Source: Minisyncoccota bacterium (GTDB lineage: Bacteria; Patescibacteriota; Minisyncoccia; Phycocordibacterales; UBA9973). From it: DNA of 64,000 nucleotides. The stretch spans positions 3,171 to 67,170 of the forward strand of contig JBAYLA010000004.1 in assembly GCA_041664285.1 (NCBI GenBank). Reading direction: 5' to 3'. Positions 28,797 through 37,792 of the stretch are shown piece after piece (within the stretch, counting starts at the first letter, position 1; each line of letters starts with the position of its first letter). The notes beneath the pieces are model-generated. The model ran no database searches and was not told where the DNA came from. It worked only from the letters and a program-made list of their open reading frames with translations. The translations under genes were made by a program, and so were the position numbers.

Positions 28797-30104
28797 ATAC
28801 CCTTTTAGAAACTCTTCCTTGAATTCAAAAAAGTTGTCGTTTAAAATTGATTGCCTAATTTTTTTTACTAAGTTAACAATAAAATATAAATTATGAATGG
28901 AAGCTAATGTCCCCGCTAGCATTTCTTTCCCGTGAAAAAGGTGAGCGATGTAGGCGCGAGAATAATTCTGACAAGAATAACATTCGCAATCTTTTTCAAT
29001 CGGAGAAAAATCATTTCGATATTTTGTATTCATTATAATTATTTTTCCATTTTTAGTATAAATAGTTCCATTTCTGCCGAGACGAGTGGGTGCCACACAA
29101 TCAAAAAGATCTACTCCATTTTCAACCCCCATAAATAAATCCTCTGGTTCCCCAATGCCAAGCAAGTGACGAGGTTTTTCTTCCGGTAAAATTTCATTGA
29201 CCCATTTTACCGCAGTAGACATGTCCTCTTTCGCAAAACTTCCACCAATCCCAAAACCATCAAAATATTTTCCATCTACATTTATTTCTGAAATAATTTT
29301 TGCAGATTTCTTTCTTAAGCTCTCTTCCCTACCTCCTTGCACAATACCGAATAGCACAGGAGAAAAATCAGAAACATACTCGGGCGAACGGTCGACGTTG
29401 CGTAGCAGGAGATCCTGAGAACGAGTTTGTTTCTGATTTAATAGTTTTTGATGTTCTTCTAAACTCCTCTGCGCCCATCTGTGCGTCCTCTCTAATGCTT
29501 CTTCTTGATATTTTAAATCTTCACTCGGAGAAGTACATTCATCAAAAGCAAAAATTATATCTGCTCCAAGGTTGTGTTGAATCTGAATTGATTTTTCTGG
29601 AGTAATATAATGAATAGAACCATCTAAGTGTGATTTAAAAGAAACGCCGTCTTGTCCAATCTTCGCCAAACGAGGAGCATCACTATCATCAAAACGTTCT
29701 GGAATTAATAATGATGGGTCAGTAATTTTTGAAAGATGAATCAACTTAGAAATATCTTTTCCAAAAGCAGCCCCTAGTGAAAATACTTGAAAACCCCCAG
29801 AATCAGTCATGGTGGGACCCTTCCAATTCATAAATTTACCAATACCTCCAGCATCACGCACAATTTCATCTCCAGGCTGTAAATACAAATGATAGGTATT
29901 ACCAAGCACCACTTGGGTACCAGCGTCTTTCACCTGCTCGGGATTTAAAGATTTTACAGTAGCCTTGGTTCCTACTGCCACAAAAGCTGGAGTCAAAATA
30001 TCTCCATGAGAAGTCTGCAAAACCCCCACTCTGCCCAGATATTTTTTTCCGCCAGAGGCGGATCCGCCCTTGGCGGAAATTCTTTTTTCTATTTTAAATT
30101 GCAT
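28773..30104 (-). CDS. tgt: tRNA-guanine transglycosylase
   Basis: NTYHLYL.PG, TDSGGFQVFSL, FDEC, GIVQGG, DLFDCV.PTR, C.C..C Zn site, HNL. Confidence 0.96.
   Translation of the reverse strand: MQFKIEKRISAKGGSASGGKKYLGRVGVLQTSHGDILTPAFVAVGTKATVKSLNPEQVKDAGTQVVLGNTYHLYLQPGDEIVRDAGGIGKFMNWKGPTMTDSGGFQVFSLGAAFGKDISKLIHLSKITDPSLLIPERFDDSDAPRLAKIGQDGVSFKSHLDGSIHYITPEKSIQIQHNLGADIIFAFDECTSPSEDLKYQEEALERTHRWAQRSLEEHQKLLNQKQTRSQDLLLRNVDRSPEYVSDFSPVLFGIVQGGREESLRKKSAKIISEINVDGKYFDGFGIGGSFAKEDMSTAVKWVNEILPEEKPRHLLGIGEPEDLFMGVENGVDLFDCVAPTRLGRNGTIYTKNGKIIIMNTKYRNDFSPIEKDCECYSCQNYSRAYIAHLFHGKEMLAGTLASIHNLYFIVNLVKKIRQSILNDNFFEFKEEFLKGYLRMDNFS
29365..29439. repeat. Palindromic element family A, in-frame in tgt
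   Basis: 18-bp arms (17 matching) around the core ggtcgacgttgcgtagcaggagatcctg; 75 nt. Confidence 0.85.
30046..30079. repeat. Twin-hairpin element family C, in-frame at the tgt N-terminus
   Basis: tttccgccagaggcggatccgcccttggcggaaa; encodes SAKGGSASGGK; 31/34 identical to 37681-37714. Confidence 0.85.
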
Positions 30105-30895
30105 TATATTTCCACTTCCACAAACTTAAGCCCTTGTATATTTACCAGGCTCGTCAATAATATTTTTTTAACAGGATCTCGAAGGTCAGAAATTGTTGTA
30201 ACAACCTCAGCTAAAACATAAGGATAAATTCCTGACATCGATACTTGATCTCCTTTTTGTAAAGTGAAATCTCTAGGCAGAATCATTTCAAAATTTCCTC
30301 CGCCTCGTCCGATTAATTCCAAGAAAACATCTTTGCTAGATATAATTACTTGTGTTTTCTCACCTGTACTAGAGAAAAGAGTTACTTTGGAAGAATTATC
30401 ATAAACGAGACTCACTCGCCCGATCGGTACATTCCCTAGAGCAAAAACAATGTCTCCTTCTTTTATTCCTTGTTGTGCCCCTGCATCAATAATAAGTGTA
30501 TCGTAAATACTTTGATTGGGTTTAGATAAAATAGTAGCTAGAATCATACTTGCCTTTTCCCCTTTACGATTAAGAATTTCTTTCAAACTAACATTTTCTG
30601 CTACGACGGAATCATAATTAGAATTTCGCGCATTATTAAAATCTACCTGTGCTTGTAATTTTTGATTTTGATTATAAAGATAATTTTTAGAAATAAAATA
30701 CGAACCAATACTTTTAAATTTTTCACCAACATTCTGCCCAACAATTAAAATTGGGCGAAAAAGTACTTGACTCACACTTGAAAATCCATTGAAAATGCCA
30801 ACTCTAAAATAAAATAAAATAATTAAAGCAGCAACAAAGAGCGCAATGTTTAGAAACTTTTTTCTTTTTATTTTTTTATCTAGGAGGTAGCTCAT
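30104..30895 (-). CDS. mreC: Rod shape-determining protein MreC
   Basis: Follows mreB; TM segment, coiled coil EN..LK..L, IDAG...GI..GD; likely start MSYLLD. Confidence 0.88.
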   Translation of the reverse strand: MSYLLDKKIKRKKFLNIALFVAALIILFYFRVGIFNGFSSVSQVLFRPILIVGQNVGEKFKSIGSYFISKNYLYNQNQKLQAQVDFNNARNSNYDSVVAENVSLKEILNRKGEKASMILATILSKPNQSIYDTLIIDAGAQQGIKEGDIVFALGNVPIGRVSLVYDNSSKVTLFSSTGEKTQVIISSKDVFLELIGRGGGNFEMILPRDFTLQKGDQVSMSGIYPYVLAEVVTTISDLRDPVKKILLTSLVNIQGLKFVEVEI

Positions 30896-31922
30896 CTTGA
30901 TTACCAATCAAAACATCTTTATAAAGTGGAAGGTCAGCTAAAATCACCCCTGTTCCACGAGCCACAGCCGAAAGTGGGTCTTCGACGACATAAACTGGAA
31001 TTTTAAGAACTTTTTGCAAAAGTTGATCGAGCCCAGGAATTAAAGCTCCTCCACCAGATAAAGTAATTCCATGATGCATTATGTCAGATAAAATCTCAGG
31101 TGGAGTCGTTTCTAACATATCCTTTATTCCTTCCACTAAATCTCTAATAGACAAAGAGAGTGCTTCACGAATATCAGAATCAGTGACAACCACTTCCCTC
31201 GGAAGCCCAGTCAGAAGATCTCTCCCGTGAACTTCTGTTTCCATATATTCTCCAGGGATAACCGAACCAATAGCAATTTTAACCATTTCTGCAGTTCTTT
31301 CTCCAATCAATATCTTAAATTCATCACGCATATATGAAATGATATCGTTGTTTAATCTATCACCAGCTATTTTTAAATTTTTTGACTTTACAATTCCACC
31401 CAAAGAGATGACGGCAATATCTGTCGTACCACCACCAATATCTATAACCATCGAGCCAACTGGATCTTTAATAGGAAGTCTAACCCCGATAGCAGCGGCC
31501 ATTGGCTCTTCCACTAGAAAAACTTCTCGGGCACCAGCGGAACGCGCAGCATCGTAAACAGCCCGCGTCTCAACATTGGTAGTGCCTGACGGTACACCAA
31601 TGAGAACTCTTGGTCGAGCTAATTTTTTGGACATTTTATCCGCTTTATTAATTAAATATGAAAGCATTTCTTCTGTTATTTCAAAATCAGATATAACCCC
31701 CTCAACCAAAGGACGAACAGCTTTGATGTGCCCAGGTGTTCGGCCAAGCATTTCTTTAGCCTGCACACCTACTGCTAAAATTTGGTTGGTCTTAATATTT
31801 ACAGCTACGACTGATGGTTCATTAATGACAATACCGTGACCTTTTAAATACACTAAGGTATTGCTAGTGCCTAAGTCTATGCCAATGTCATTGGAAATTA
31901 ATTTGTAAAATTTTTCAAACAT
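30876..31922 (-). CDS. mreB: Rod shape-determining protein MreB
   Basis: DIGIDLGTSNT, EPSVVA, EEPMAAAIG, DIGGGTTD. Confidence 0.97.
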   Translation of the reverse strand: MFEKFYKLISNDIGIDLGTSNTLVYLKGHGIVINEPSVVAVNIKTNQILAVGVQAKEMLGRTPGHIKAVRPLVEGVISDFEITEEMLSYLINKADKMSKKLARPRVLIGVPSGTTNVETRAVYDAARSAGAREVFLVEEPMAAAIGVRLPIKDPVGSMVIDIGGGTTDIAVISLGGIVKSKNLKIAGDRLNNDIISYMRDEFKILIGERTAEMVKIAIGSVIPGEYMETEVHGRDLLTGLPREVVVTDSDIREALSLSIRDLVEGIKDMLETTPPEILSDIMHHGITLSGGGALIPGLDQLLQKVLKIPVYVVEDPLSAVARGTGVILADLPLYKDVLIGNQDELPPR

Positions 31923-33183
31923 TTTTTAATATTTTTATTAATTCATCCTCAGAAACAATCTGACCTTTTTCTTCTGTGCGTTTCTTCAACTCTATTCCTT
32001 TTTCCTTCAAACTACGTGCCGAAACTACTGCTCGCCATGGCATACCAAGTAAATCTGCATCAGAAAATTTCTCTCCAGCTGATAGACCAACACGGTCATC
32101 AAATAAAACCTCGACTCCAGCCTTTAATAAATTTTCGTAAATTTTATCGGCTTCTTTTAAAACTGTTTCGTCATCCCCTAATGCAAGCAAATGGACTGAA
32201 AATGGCGCAATAGATGGTGACCAAACTATACCCTTGTCATCAGAAAGAACTTCTACTACTGTTCCCATCAACCTGCCAAGGCCTATTCCGTAACTACCCA
32301 TGATTATTAACTTTTCTTCCCCTTTTTCATTTTTATATTTTAAATCGAAAGGCGTTGAAAATTTTGTTCCGAGTGAAAAAATATTTCCTACTTCTACTGC
32401 CCTTTTTTCCACTAAATTTTCTTTCTTTAATTGAAGAGATTCTAATACTTCATCAGTATAAACTTCCTTATTGATAGCAAAACCTTTATTTTCATCAATA
32501 AAAATTGTGTCTTCTCCTGCCCCTGTCAGAGTCTGAAATTCATGTGAAAATTTTGAAAAAGATCCACCTGAAGCAAAAGTCAAATACGTCAAATGCCCAA
32601 TACCAACCCTCTCAAAAATATTTTTGTAAGCTTCTTTAGCCTTCTCGTAAAACATTTCATGCTCTTTTTCATCTTTTGAAAAAGAATAAAGTGCTTTCCA
32701 GTAAAATTCTCTTCCCCTTAAAATTCCAGACTTGCTTCTTGTTTCATTTCTAAAAATATTTTTAAAATCATACGGATACAAAGGTAAATCTTTATAAGAG
32801 TTTACATATTGCTTTAAAATACTAGAGTAGGCTTCTTCGTTGGTAAATGAGAGCCCAACTTCTCCTCCGTTTTTTAATTTTGTTTTAAACCAATTATCTA
32901 CAATTTCGTCATCCCATCTGTTTGATTTTTCCCAAATTTCTTTATTTTGAAGAACAGATGTTCTCATTTCTGTTCCACCAATTTTATCCATTTCTTCCCG
33001 AATTATATTTTCAATCTTCTTAAGAACCTTGAGTCCTAAAGGTAAATAGCTATATACCCCTGCCATTTCCTTATGGATAAAACCTCCACGAATAAGGAGC
33101 TCGGCATTCTTTGAGGTCTCATCCGCTGGTATCTCTTTTCTCGTTTTAGTAAAAAGTTTAGATTGTCTCATGCAATTAGTCAT
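31915..33183 (-). CDS. proS: Proline--tRNA ligase (short form without the INS editing domain)
   Basis: MRQSKLF, G.Y.YLPLG, FRNE.R...G..RGREF, EVGNIF.LGTKFS, MGSYGIG.GR. Confidence 0.95.
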   Translation of the reverse strand: MTNCMRQSKLFTKTRKEIPADETSKNAELLIRGGFIHKEMAGVYSYLPLGLKVLKKIENIIREEMDKIGGTEMRTSVLQNKEIWEKSNRWDDEIVDNWFKTKLKNGGEVGLSFTNEEAYSSILKQYVNSYKDLPLYPYDFKNIFRNETRSKSGILRGREFYWKALYSFSKDEKEHEMFYEKAKEAYKNIFERVGIGHLTYLTFASGGSFSKFSHEFQTLTGAGEDTIFIDENKGFAINKEVYTDEVLESLQLKKENLVEKRAVEVGNIFSLGTKFSTPFDLKYKNEKGEEKLIIMGSYGIGLGRLMGTVVEVLSDDKGIVWSPSIAPFSVHLLALGDDETVLKEADKIYENLLKAGVEVLFDDRVGLSAGEKFSDADLLGMPWRAVVSARSLKEKGIELKKRTEEKGQIVSEDELIKILKNV

Positions 33184-33189
33184 ACTTGC

Positions 33190-33218
33190 ATCTTACCCGA
33201 AAAAAGTCCTTTTGGCAA
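33190..33218 (-). promoter_or_regulatory. Leaderless promoter of proS
   Basis: TTGCCA-17 nt-TAAGAT-6 nt-ATG(33183). Confidence 0.7.
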
Positions 33219-33251
33219 AGATAAATCGTATCAATAAAATACAAGAAATAT

Positions 33252-33280
33252 TTGCAAAAAGACTCGCTTTCTGCTATATT
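33252..33280 (+). promoter_or_regulatory. Leaderless promoter of rpsB-tsf
   Basis: TTGCAA-17 nt-(TGc)TATATT-6 nt-ATG(33287). Confidence 0.7.
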
Positions 33281-33286
33281 ACCCAT

Positions 33287-34009
33287 ATGCAAAAAGTAGA
33301 AAACAAGAAAGACGTGGATACAATCATAGAGAAAATGTTTAAGGCTGGGGCACATTATGGCTATAGTAAAACCCGCAGGCACCCTTCTGTTTCAAAGTAT
33401 ATATACACCACCAAAAACAAAAGCGACATAATTAACCTTGAAAAAACAAGCCTACTTTTGGACGAAGCAACTTTATTTATAAAAAATTTGGGAGCCCAAA
33501 ACAAGGTTATTCTTTTTGTTGGTACAAAACCTGAAGCCAAAGTTGCAATAAAAAGTGTAGCAGAATCTTTAAATATGCCTTATGTGGTAGAAAGATGGAT
33601 AGGTGGAACACTTTCAAATTTTACAGAAATAAAAAAGAGAATTACTGAGTTAGAAAATTATCAAAAAGATATAGAAAAAGGCGGACTTGATAAATATACC
33701 AAAAAGGAACGAGTAGTCATGGCTAAAAAAATGGAAAAATTAGCAAGATACTACACTGGTTTATTGGGTTTAAAAAAGGCACCAGATGCACTTTTTGTTA
33801 TAGACGCAAAAAATGAACACATCGCAGCCACCGAAGCTCGAAAATCTGGTGTCACCGTAGTGTCTGTAGTAAATTCTGATTCAAACATTAAAGGAATTGA
33901 TTACCCTATCGTTGCAAATGACTCAGGAATACCATCTATTAAATTTTTTGCTAACGCTATTATAGATGCTTACAAAGAAGGTCAAAGCTCTACTCTAGAA
34001 AAGAAATAA
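33287..34009 (+). CDS. rpsB: 30S ribosomal protein S2
   Basis: AGAHYG, IINLEKT, LFVGTK, RWIGGTLSNF, IDYPIVAND; start moved to MQKVEN. Confidence 0.96.
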   Translation: MQKVENKKDVDTIIEKMFKAGAHYGYSKTRRHPSVSKYIYTTKNKSDIINLEKTSLLLDEATLFIKNLGAQNKVILFVGTKPEAKVAIKSVAESLNMPYVVERWIGGTLSNFTEIKKRITELENYQKDIEKGGLDKYTKKERVVMAKKMEKLARYYTGLLGLKKAPDALFVIDAKNEHIAATEARKSGVTVVSVVNSDSNIKGIDYPIVANDSGIPSIKFFANAIIDAYKEGQSSTLEKK

Positions 34010-34014
34010 TATTT

Positions 34015-34794
34015 ATGTCAATTCAAATCACTACAGAGCAAGTAAAAGAGCTCCGAGATGCAACTGGTATTTCAGTGATGCAATGTAAGCGCGCCCTAGA
34101 AGAAGCTGAGGGTAATATGGAAAAAGCTTTAGCTATTTTGAAAAAAACAAGCTCAGATATTGCACTTAAAAAAGCTGATAGATCTTTAAATAGTGGCTCA
34201 GTCATGATAAAAAATGAAGGAAATAAAGCTTTTTTGGTAGGACTGCTCTGTGAAACAGATTTCGTTGCAAAAAATGAAGACTTCACAAATTTACTAGAAA
34301 CTCTTCTTAAAAAAGCCTTAAAAGATGGAATCGAAAAAATGAAGGGAGAGGCTAAAGAAATGATTGATCCTATAATTCAAAAAACTGGAGAAAACATTCA
34401 GCTCGGTGAAGTGTGTGAAGTGTCAGGAGAAGTATTAGGAACTTATGTGCATAATAATAAATCTGGGGTCATTGTCAGCCTAGAGGGCGGAAATGCAGAG
34501 CTAGCAAAAGACATCGCTATGCATATAACCGCAATGAAACCAGAATATATAAGAGAGGATGAAATTAGCGAAGATGCTAAAAAAACAATGAAAGAAGTTT
34601 TCGAAAAAGAAGTTGCTAGTGTAGATAAACCTGCAGACATAAAAGAAAAGATGCTTCTCGGAAAGATGACAACTTACTTCAAAGAAAAAACTTTAATAAA
34701 TCAAGCGTTTATAAAGAATGCGGAAGAGACGGTCGGGAAACTTCTAGAAAAAGCCGGGGCAAAAATCAAAGAAGTTAAAGTTTATTCAATTTAA
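34015..34794 (+). CDS. tsf: Elongation factor Ts
   Basis: VKELRDATG...M.CK.AL, CETDFVA, DIAMHI.A. Confidence 0.96.
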   Translation: MSIQITTEQVKELRDATGISVMQCKRALEEAEGNMEKALAILKKTSSDIALKKADRSLNSGSVMIKNEGNKAFLVGLLCETDFVAKNEDFTNLLETLLKKALKDGIEKMKGEAKEMIDPIIQKTGENIQLGEVCEVSGEVLGTYVHNNKSGVIVSLEGGNAELAKDIAMHITAMKPEYIREDEISEDAKKTMKEVFEKEVASVDKPADIKEKMLLGKMTTYFKEKTLINQAFIKNAEETVGKLLEKAGAKIKEVKVYSI

Positions 34795-34807
34795 TGAAAT
34801 AAAAATT

Positions 34808-35215
34808 ATGTATTTTCTTTTAATTTTGTTTTTTGGTTCATTTTTTGGAATTACTTTTATGATTGGTAATAAACTTTTGATGCTCCAAAATGGACAAATA
34901 AAATATGAGGAAAATACAGAAACTTTTTTAAAAGCTCAACATTTAGAAGAATTGAAACATTCAGTTATTAAAACAATTAAAAAACACAGTTATGCTGGGC
35001 TAGTCACAACAATTAGACTTTATTTTCGGGGAATATTCTTTATAAAGAATAAATACCAGAAAATAAAGATAAAAATAAAGGATATATACAGAAAAAACCC
35101 AATCAAGGATTTTGAAAACAAACAAGAAATTTCCAAATTCTTAAAAATCATTTCGGAATACAAACAAAAAATCAGGGCAATAAAACACAAAATAGAGGAA
35201 GAAGAAAATTTATAA
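34808..35215 (+). CDS. Hypothetical membrane-anchored basic protein
   Basis: N-terminal TM segment; co-oriented with tsf. Confidence 0.7.
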   Translation: MYFLLILFFGSFFGITFMIGNKLLMLQNGQIKYEENTETFLKAQHLEELKHSVIKTIKKHSYAGLVTTIRLYFRGIFFIKNKYQKIKIKIKDIYRKNPIKDFENKQEISKFLKIISEYKQKIRAIKHKIEEEENL

Positions 35216-35248
35216 ATATGTTAGGATAGATAAAAAATAAATAATATT

Positions 35249-35321
35249 GCCGCCTTAGCTCAGTTGGTAGAGCAACGCTTTTGTAAAGCGAAGGTCCTCA
35301 GTTCGAATCTGAGAGGCGGCT
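35249..35321 (+). tRNA. tRNA-Thr (anticodon TGT), CCA not encoded
   Basis: Acceptor stem gccgcct/aggcggc, D arm gctc/gagc, anticodon loop tt-TGT-aa, T arm ctcag-ttcgaat-ctgag. Confidence 0.95.
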
Positions 35322-35346
35322 CAAAGAATATCTTAAATTTTGGTAA

Positions 35347-36027
35347 CTAGTTTTTCTTTACTGGTGGTGTCGCTTGTAATTTAAAAGACTCTTTGATTCG
35401 AGATTCTAGATCATTTAAATCATGAAAACCAGTCAAAACATTGTCATTTATAACTAACGCTGGAAGTGCGGTATCTTTGATTTTATAGATTTGAAGCATA
35501 GAGGTAATGGCTGACAGGTCGGTGCTGTAATCGAAAGAATAAACGCGAAGTTCTGGATACTCAGTGCGAAGACTTGAAAGAACTAAGCTCTCTTCTTGAC
35601 ACAAACTACAATTAGCTGCTGTGGTATAAAAATAAAGAATAAATGCAGATTTTACCCCACAACGTGTAGAAATCTTCTTGGTTAATAAATAATCTTTAAT
35701 TTGTAACAATGAATAATATTTCCTTAAATAAGAAACTTCATCAGTAGCACCTAAATTTTCTTGACTCCAAGCCAACTTGCTTCCTAACTCCCCTAGTTCA
35801 TTAGAAAATACAGAATCAGAAATATTTTTACAAGAAAGTTCAGAAAGTAAAGAAAACTGAGTTTCAGAAGAAAGAATATCAATAGCTATTTTATCTTGAA
35901 TGGTTTTTAATTGATTTATTTTTTGATTGCCAAAATAATTACTTAAATAACTAGCACAAGCAAAAAGACCTACTGTAATTAATAAAACAATTAAATATTT
36001 TTTCCAATCAATGTTGTTTGAATTCAT
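35347..36027 (-). CDS. Membrane-anchored protein with C-terminal thioredoxin-like CxxC
   Basis: TM segment; ILYFY....CSLC; P.LVIN....GF. Confidence 0.65.
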   Translation of the reverse strand: MNSNNIDWKKYLIVLLITVGLFACASYLSNYFGNQKINQLKTIQDKIAIDILSSETQFSLLSELSCKNISDSVFSNELGELGSKLAWSQENLGATDEVSYLRKYYSLLQIKDYLLTKKISTRCGVKSAFILYFYTTAANCSLCQEESLVLSSLRTEYPELRVYSFDYSTDLSAITSMLQIYKIKDTALPALVINDNVLTGFHDLNDLESRIKESFKLQATPPVKKN

Positions 36028-36038
36028 AATTTATCTAT

Positions 36039-37292
36039 TTATCTCCACGACGGTTTTCTTTGTAAAACAGTGTTGTAAACCGCCTTCATAAGCCAAAACG
36101 GGGCAACAAAAAGAAAAATAGGGAAAAAATAAAGCATATCTAATGATAAAGCCCATTTCCCTTTTATCATTCTTTGTCCAAAAATCATCGCAAAAATTAC
36201 TAAAAAATAAATAATAAGGATTAGGAACACAAAAGATTGCGTATTAATAAAAAATGGATCAAGGCTATAAGCTTTAAAAGAAAAATGAAAACCTATAATT
36301 TTAAATTGGGTAATCTTTAGATACAAAAAATCTCCTATGTTATAAATCACTCTGCCAAAAAGATAAAATACAGACAAGATAGAAATAACACCCATGGGCA
36401 AAGTAAATACCGCAAAATTGCCATATTTTTTTCTAAATAAAACATTTTTATAATCAATTGTGTTGTTTATAAAACCATAAATCCAACGCAATCTTTGTTT
36501 AAAAAGTTTCCCGATAGTCCCCGGTGTATTGGTATACACATGAGCATCATTACAATGCTCTATTTTATAATTATTTTTCTGCATCCGATAAGCAATTTCC
36601 ATATCTTCAGTATTGTGTCCATGTCTATAATATCCTAAATCATTAAATACCTTCTTCCTGAAAATTGTCATTGGTCCTGGAGTTACGTTGATAGCTCCTA
36701 GAAAACAAAGCATCTTTTTTAAATAAACGCCCATATTATATTCTGCCCTCTGGGCATTTTGAATAATATTTTTCGAATCAGAAACAATCACCGAAGGAGC
36801 TACTGCCATAATAGTAGGATCTTCTACAAAATAACTCATAATACGAACAAGAGATTGTGGATCCGCAAATGAATCAGCATCAAGACCACCAAAAAAATCA
36901 GTAGTGCACTGCTCTAGTCCAAAATTAAGAGCAGTATACTTACCTCCATTTTCTTTGTGAAAAACTTTTATATTTTCATGTCCTATAAATTTATTTATTA
37001 CATTCCAAGTACCATCAGTAGATCCATCGTCAATCAAAAAAATATTAAGTTTATCTTTAGGATAATTTAAATTTAGAAGTGATTGTACAGTTTTTCCAAC
37101 TGTATTTTCTTCATTCCAACAAGGAACTACAATGGTCACAGCTGGATAATTTTCCAATTTAATTTTTCCATTTCTAATCACTAATTTTTTTTTATTTTCT
37201 AGGAAGGTAATGAAAAAGAACACCTGCACATAAACAGACAAAAATACAAGAATATAAAAGATGGAATCGAAAATTGAAGACATATAATTCAT
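36039..37292 (-). CDS. Processive GT2 glycosyltransferase (PgaC/IcaA/cellulose-synthase-like)
   Basis: VP.WNEE, DDGSTD, K..ALN, DAD, TED, QRLRW; start uncertain (37292 or 37283). Confidence 0.9.
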   Translation of the reverse strand: MNYMSSIFDSIFYILVFLSVYVQVFFFITFLENKKKLVIRNGKIKLENYPAVTIVVPCWNEENTVGKTVQSLLNLNYPKDKLNIFLIDDGSTDGTWNVINKFIGHENIKVFHKENGGKYTALNFGLEQCTTDFFGGLDADSFADPQSLVRIMSYFVEDPTIMAVAPSVIVSDSKNIIQNAQRAEYNMGVYLKKMLCFLGAINVTPGPMTIFRKKVFNDLGYYRHGHNTEDMEIAYRMQKNNYKIEHCNDAHVYTNTPGTIGKLFKQRLRWIYGFINNTIDYKNVLFRKKYGNFAVFTLPMGVISILSVFYLFGRVIYNIGDFLYLKITQFKIIGFHFSFKAYSLDPFFINTQSFVFLILIIYFLVIFAMIFGQRMIKGKWALSLDMLYFFPIFLFVAPFWLMKAVYNTVLQRKPSWR

Positions 37293-37325
37293 TTTAATAT
37301 AGCATTTTCTAGCCAAAATGTAAAC

Positions 37326-37354
37326 AAAAAAGCTCCTTTAGAAAGGAGCTTTTT
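37326..37354 (-). terminator. Intrinsic terminator
   Basis: aaaaaagctccttt-ag-aaaggagcttttt downstream of the DUF378 gene. Confidence 0.75.
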
Positions 37355-37381
37355 AAAGGTATTTTCACTACAAAGATTGAA

Positions 37382-37666
37382 TTACATCTTTTGATCTGTA
37401 TTTTCTGCTGCACAACAAGTAGCCTGTGCCTCCTTACACTTTTTACAACAGCAACCAAAGATCTTCATAATGGCGGCAAGACCTACAAGCACATAAATAA
37501 TAGCTTCAACAATGGGAAGAGAACCAAAAATTATATTTACAACATTCCAATTACCATTCATTATCATTCCAACCCCAACTAAGCCCCAATTCAAACCTCC
37601 TATAATCAATAATATATTGGCAATCGTATTCCCAATACAACATCCTCTACATTTTGTATTAAACAT
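37382..37666 (-). CDS. DUF378 family membrane protein with Cys-rich termini
   Basis: LLIIGGLNWGLVG, N.V..IFG, IYVLVGLAA. Confidence 0.85.
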   Translation of the reverse strand: MFNTKCRGCCIGNTIANILLIIGGLNWGLVGVGMIMNGNWNVVNIIFGSLPIVEAIIYVLVGLAAIMKIFGCCCKKCKEAQATCCAAENTDQKM

Positions 37667-37680
37667 ATATTTTTAAAAAA

Positions 37681-37714
37681 TTTCAGCCAGAGGCTGATCC
37701 GCCTTTGGCGGAAA
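37681..37714. repeat. Twin-hairpin element family C, intergenic copy
   Basis: tttcagccagaggctgatccgcctttggcggaaa; compensatory C-G to A-T change relative to the tgt copy. Confidence 0.85.
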
Positions 37715-37792
37715 ATTATTAATAATACACTTAGTATAGCATATTTATAAAATATGATATACTGAAACATATTATTAATAATTATAAAAAAT

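Noticed and set aside
33170-33286. N-terminal extension on ribosomal protein S2
   Set aside because: It overlaps the proS start and both promoters; the ATG at 33287 fits the promoter and the protein family.
35249-35346. tRNA-Thr as an integration site
   Set aside because: No integrase and no duplicated tRNA 3' end seen in the window.
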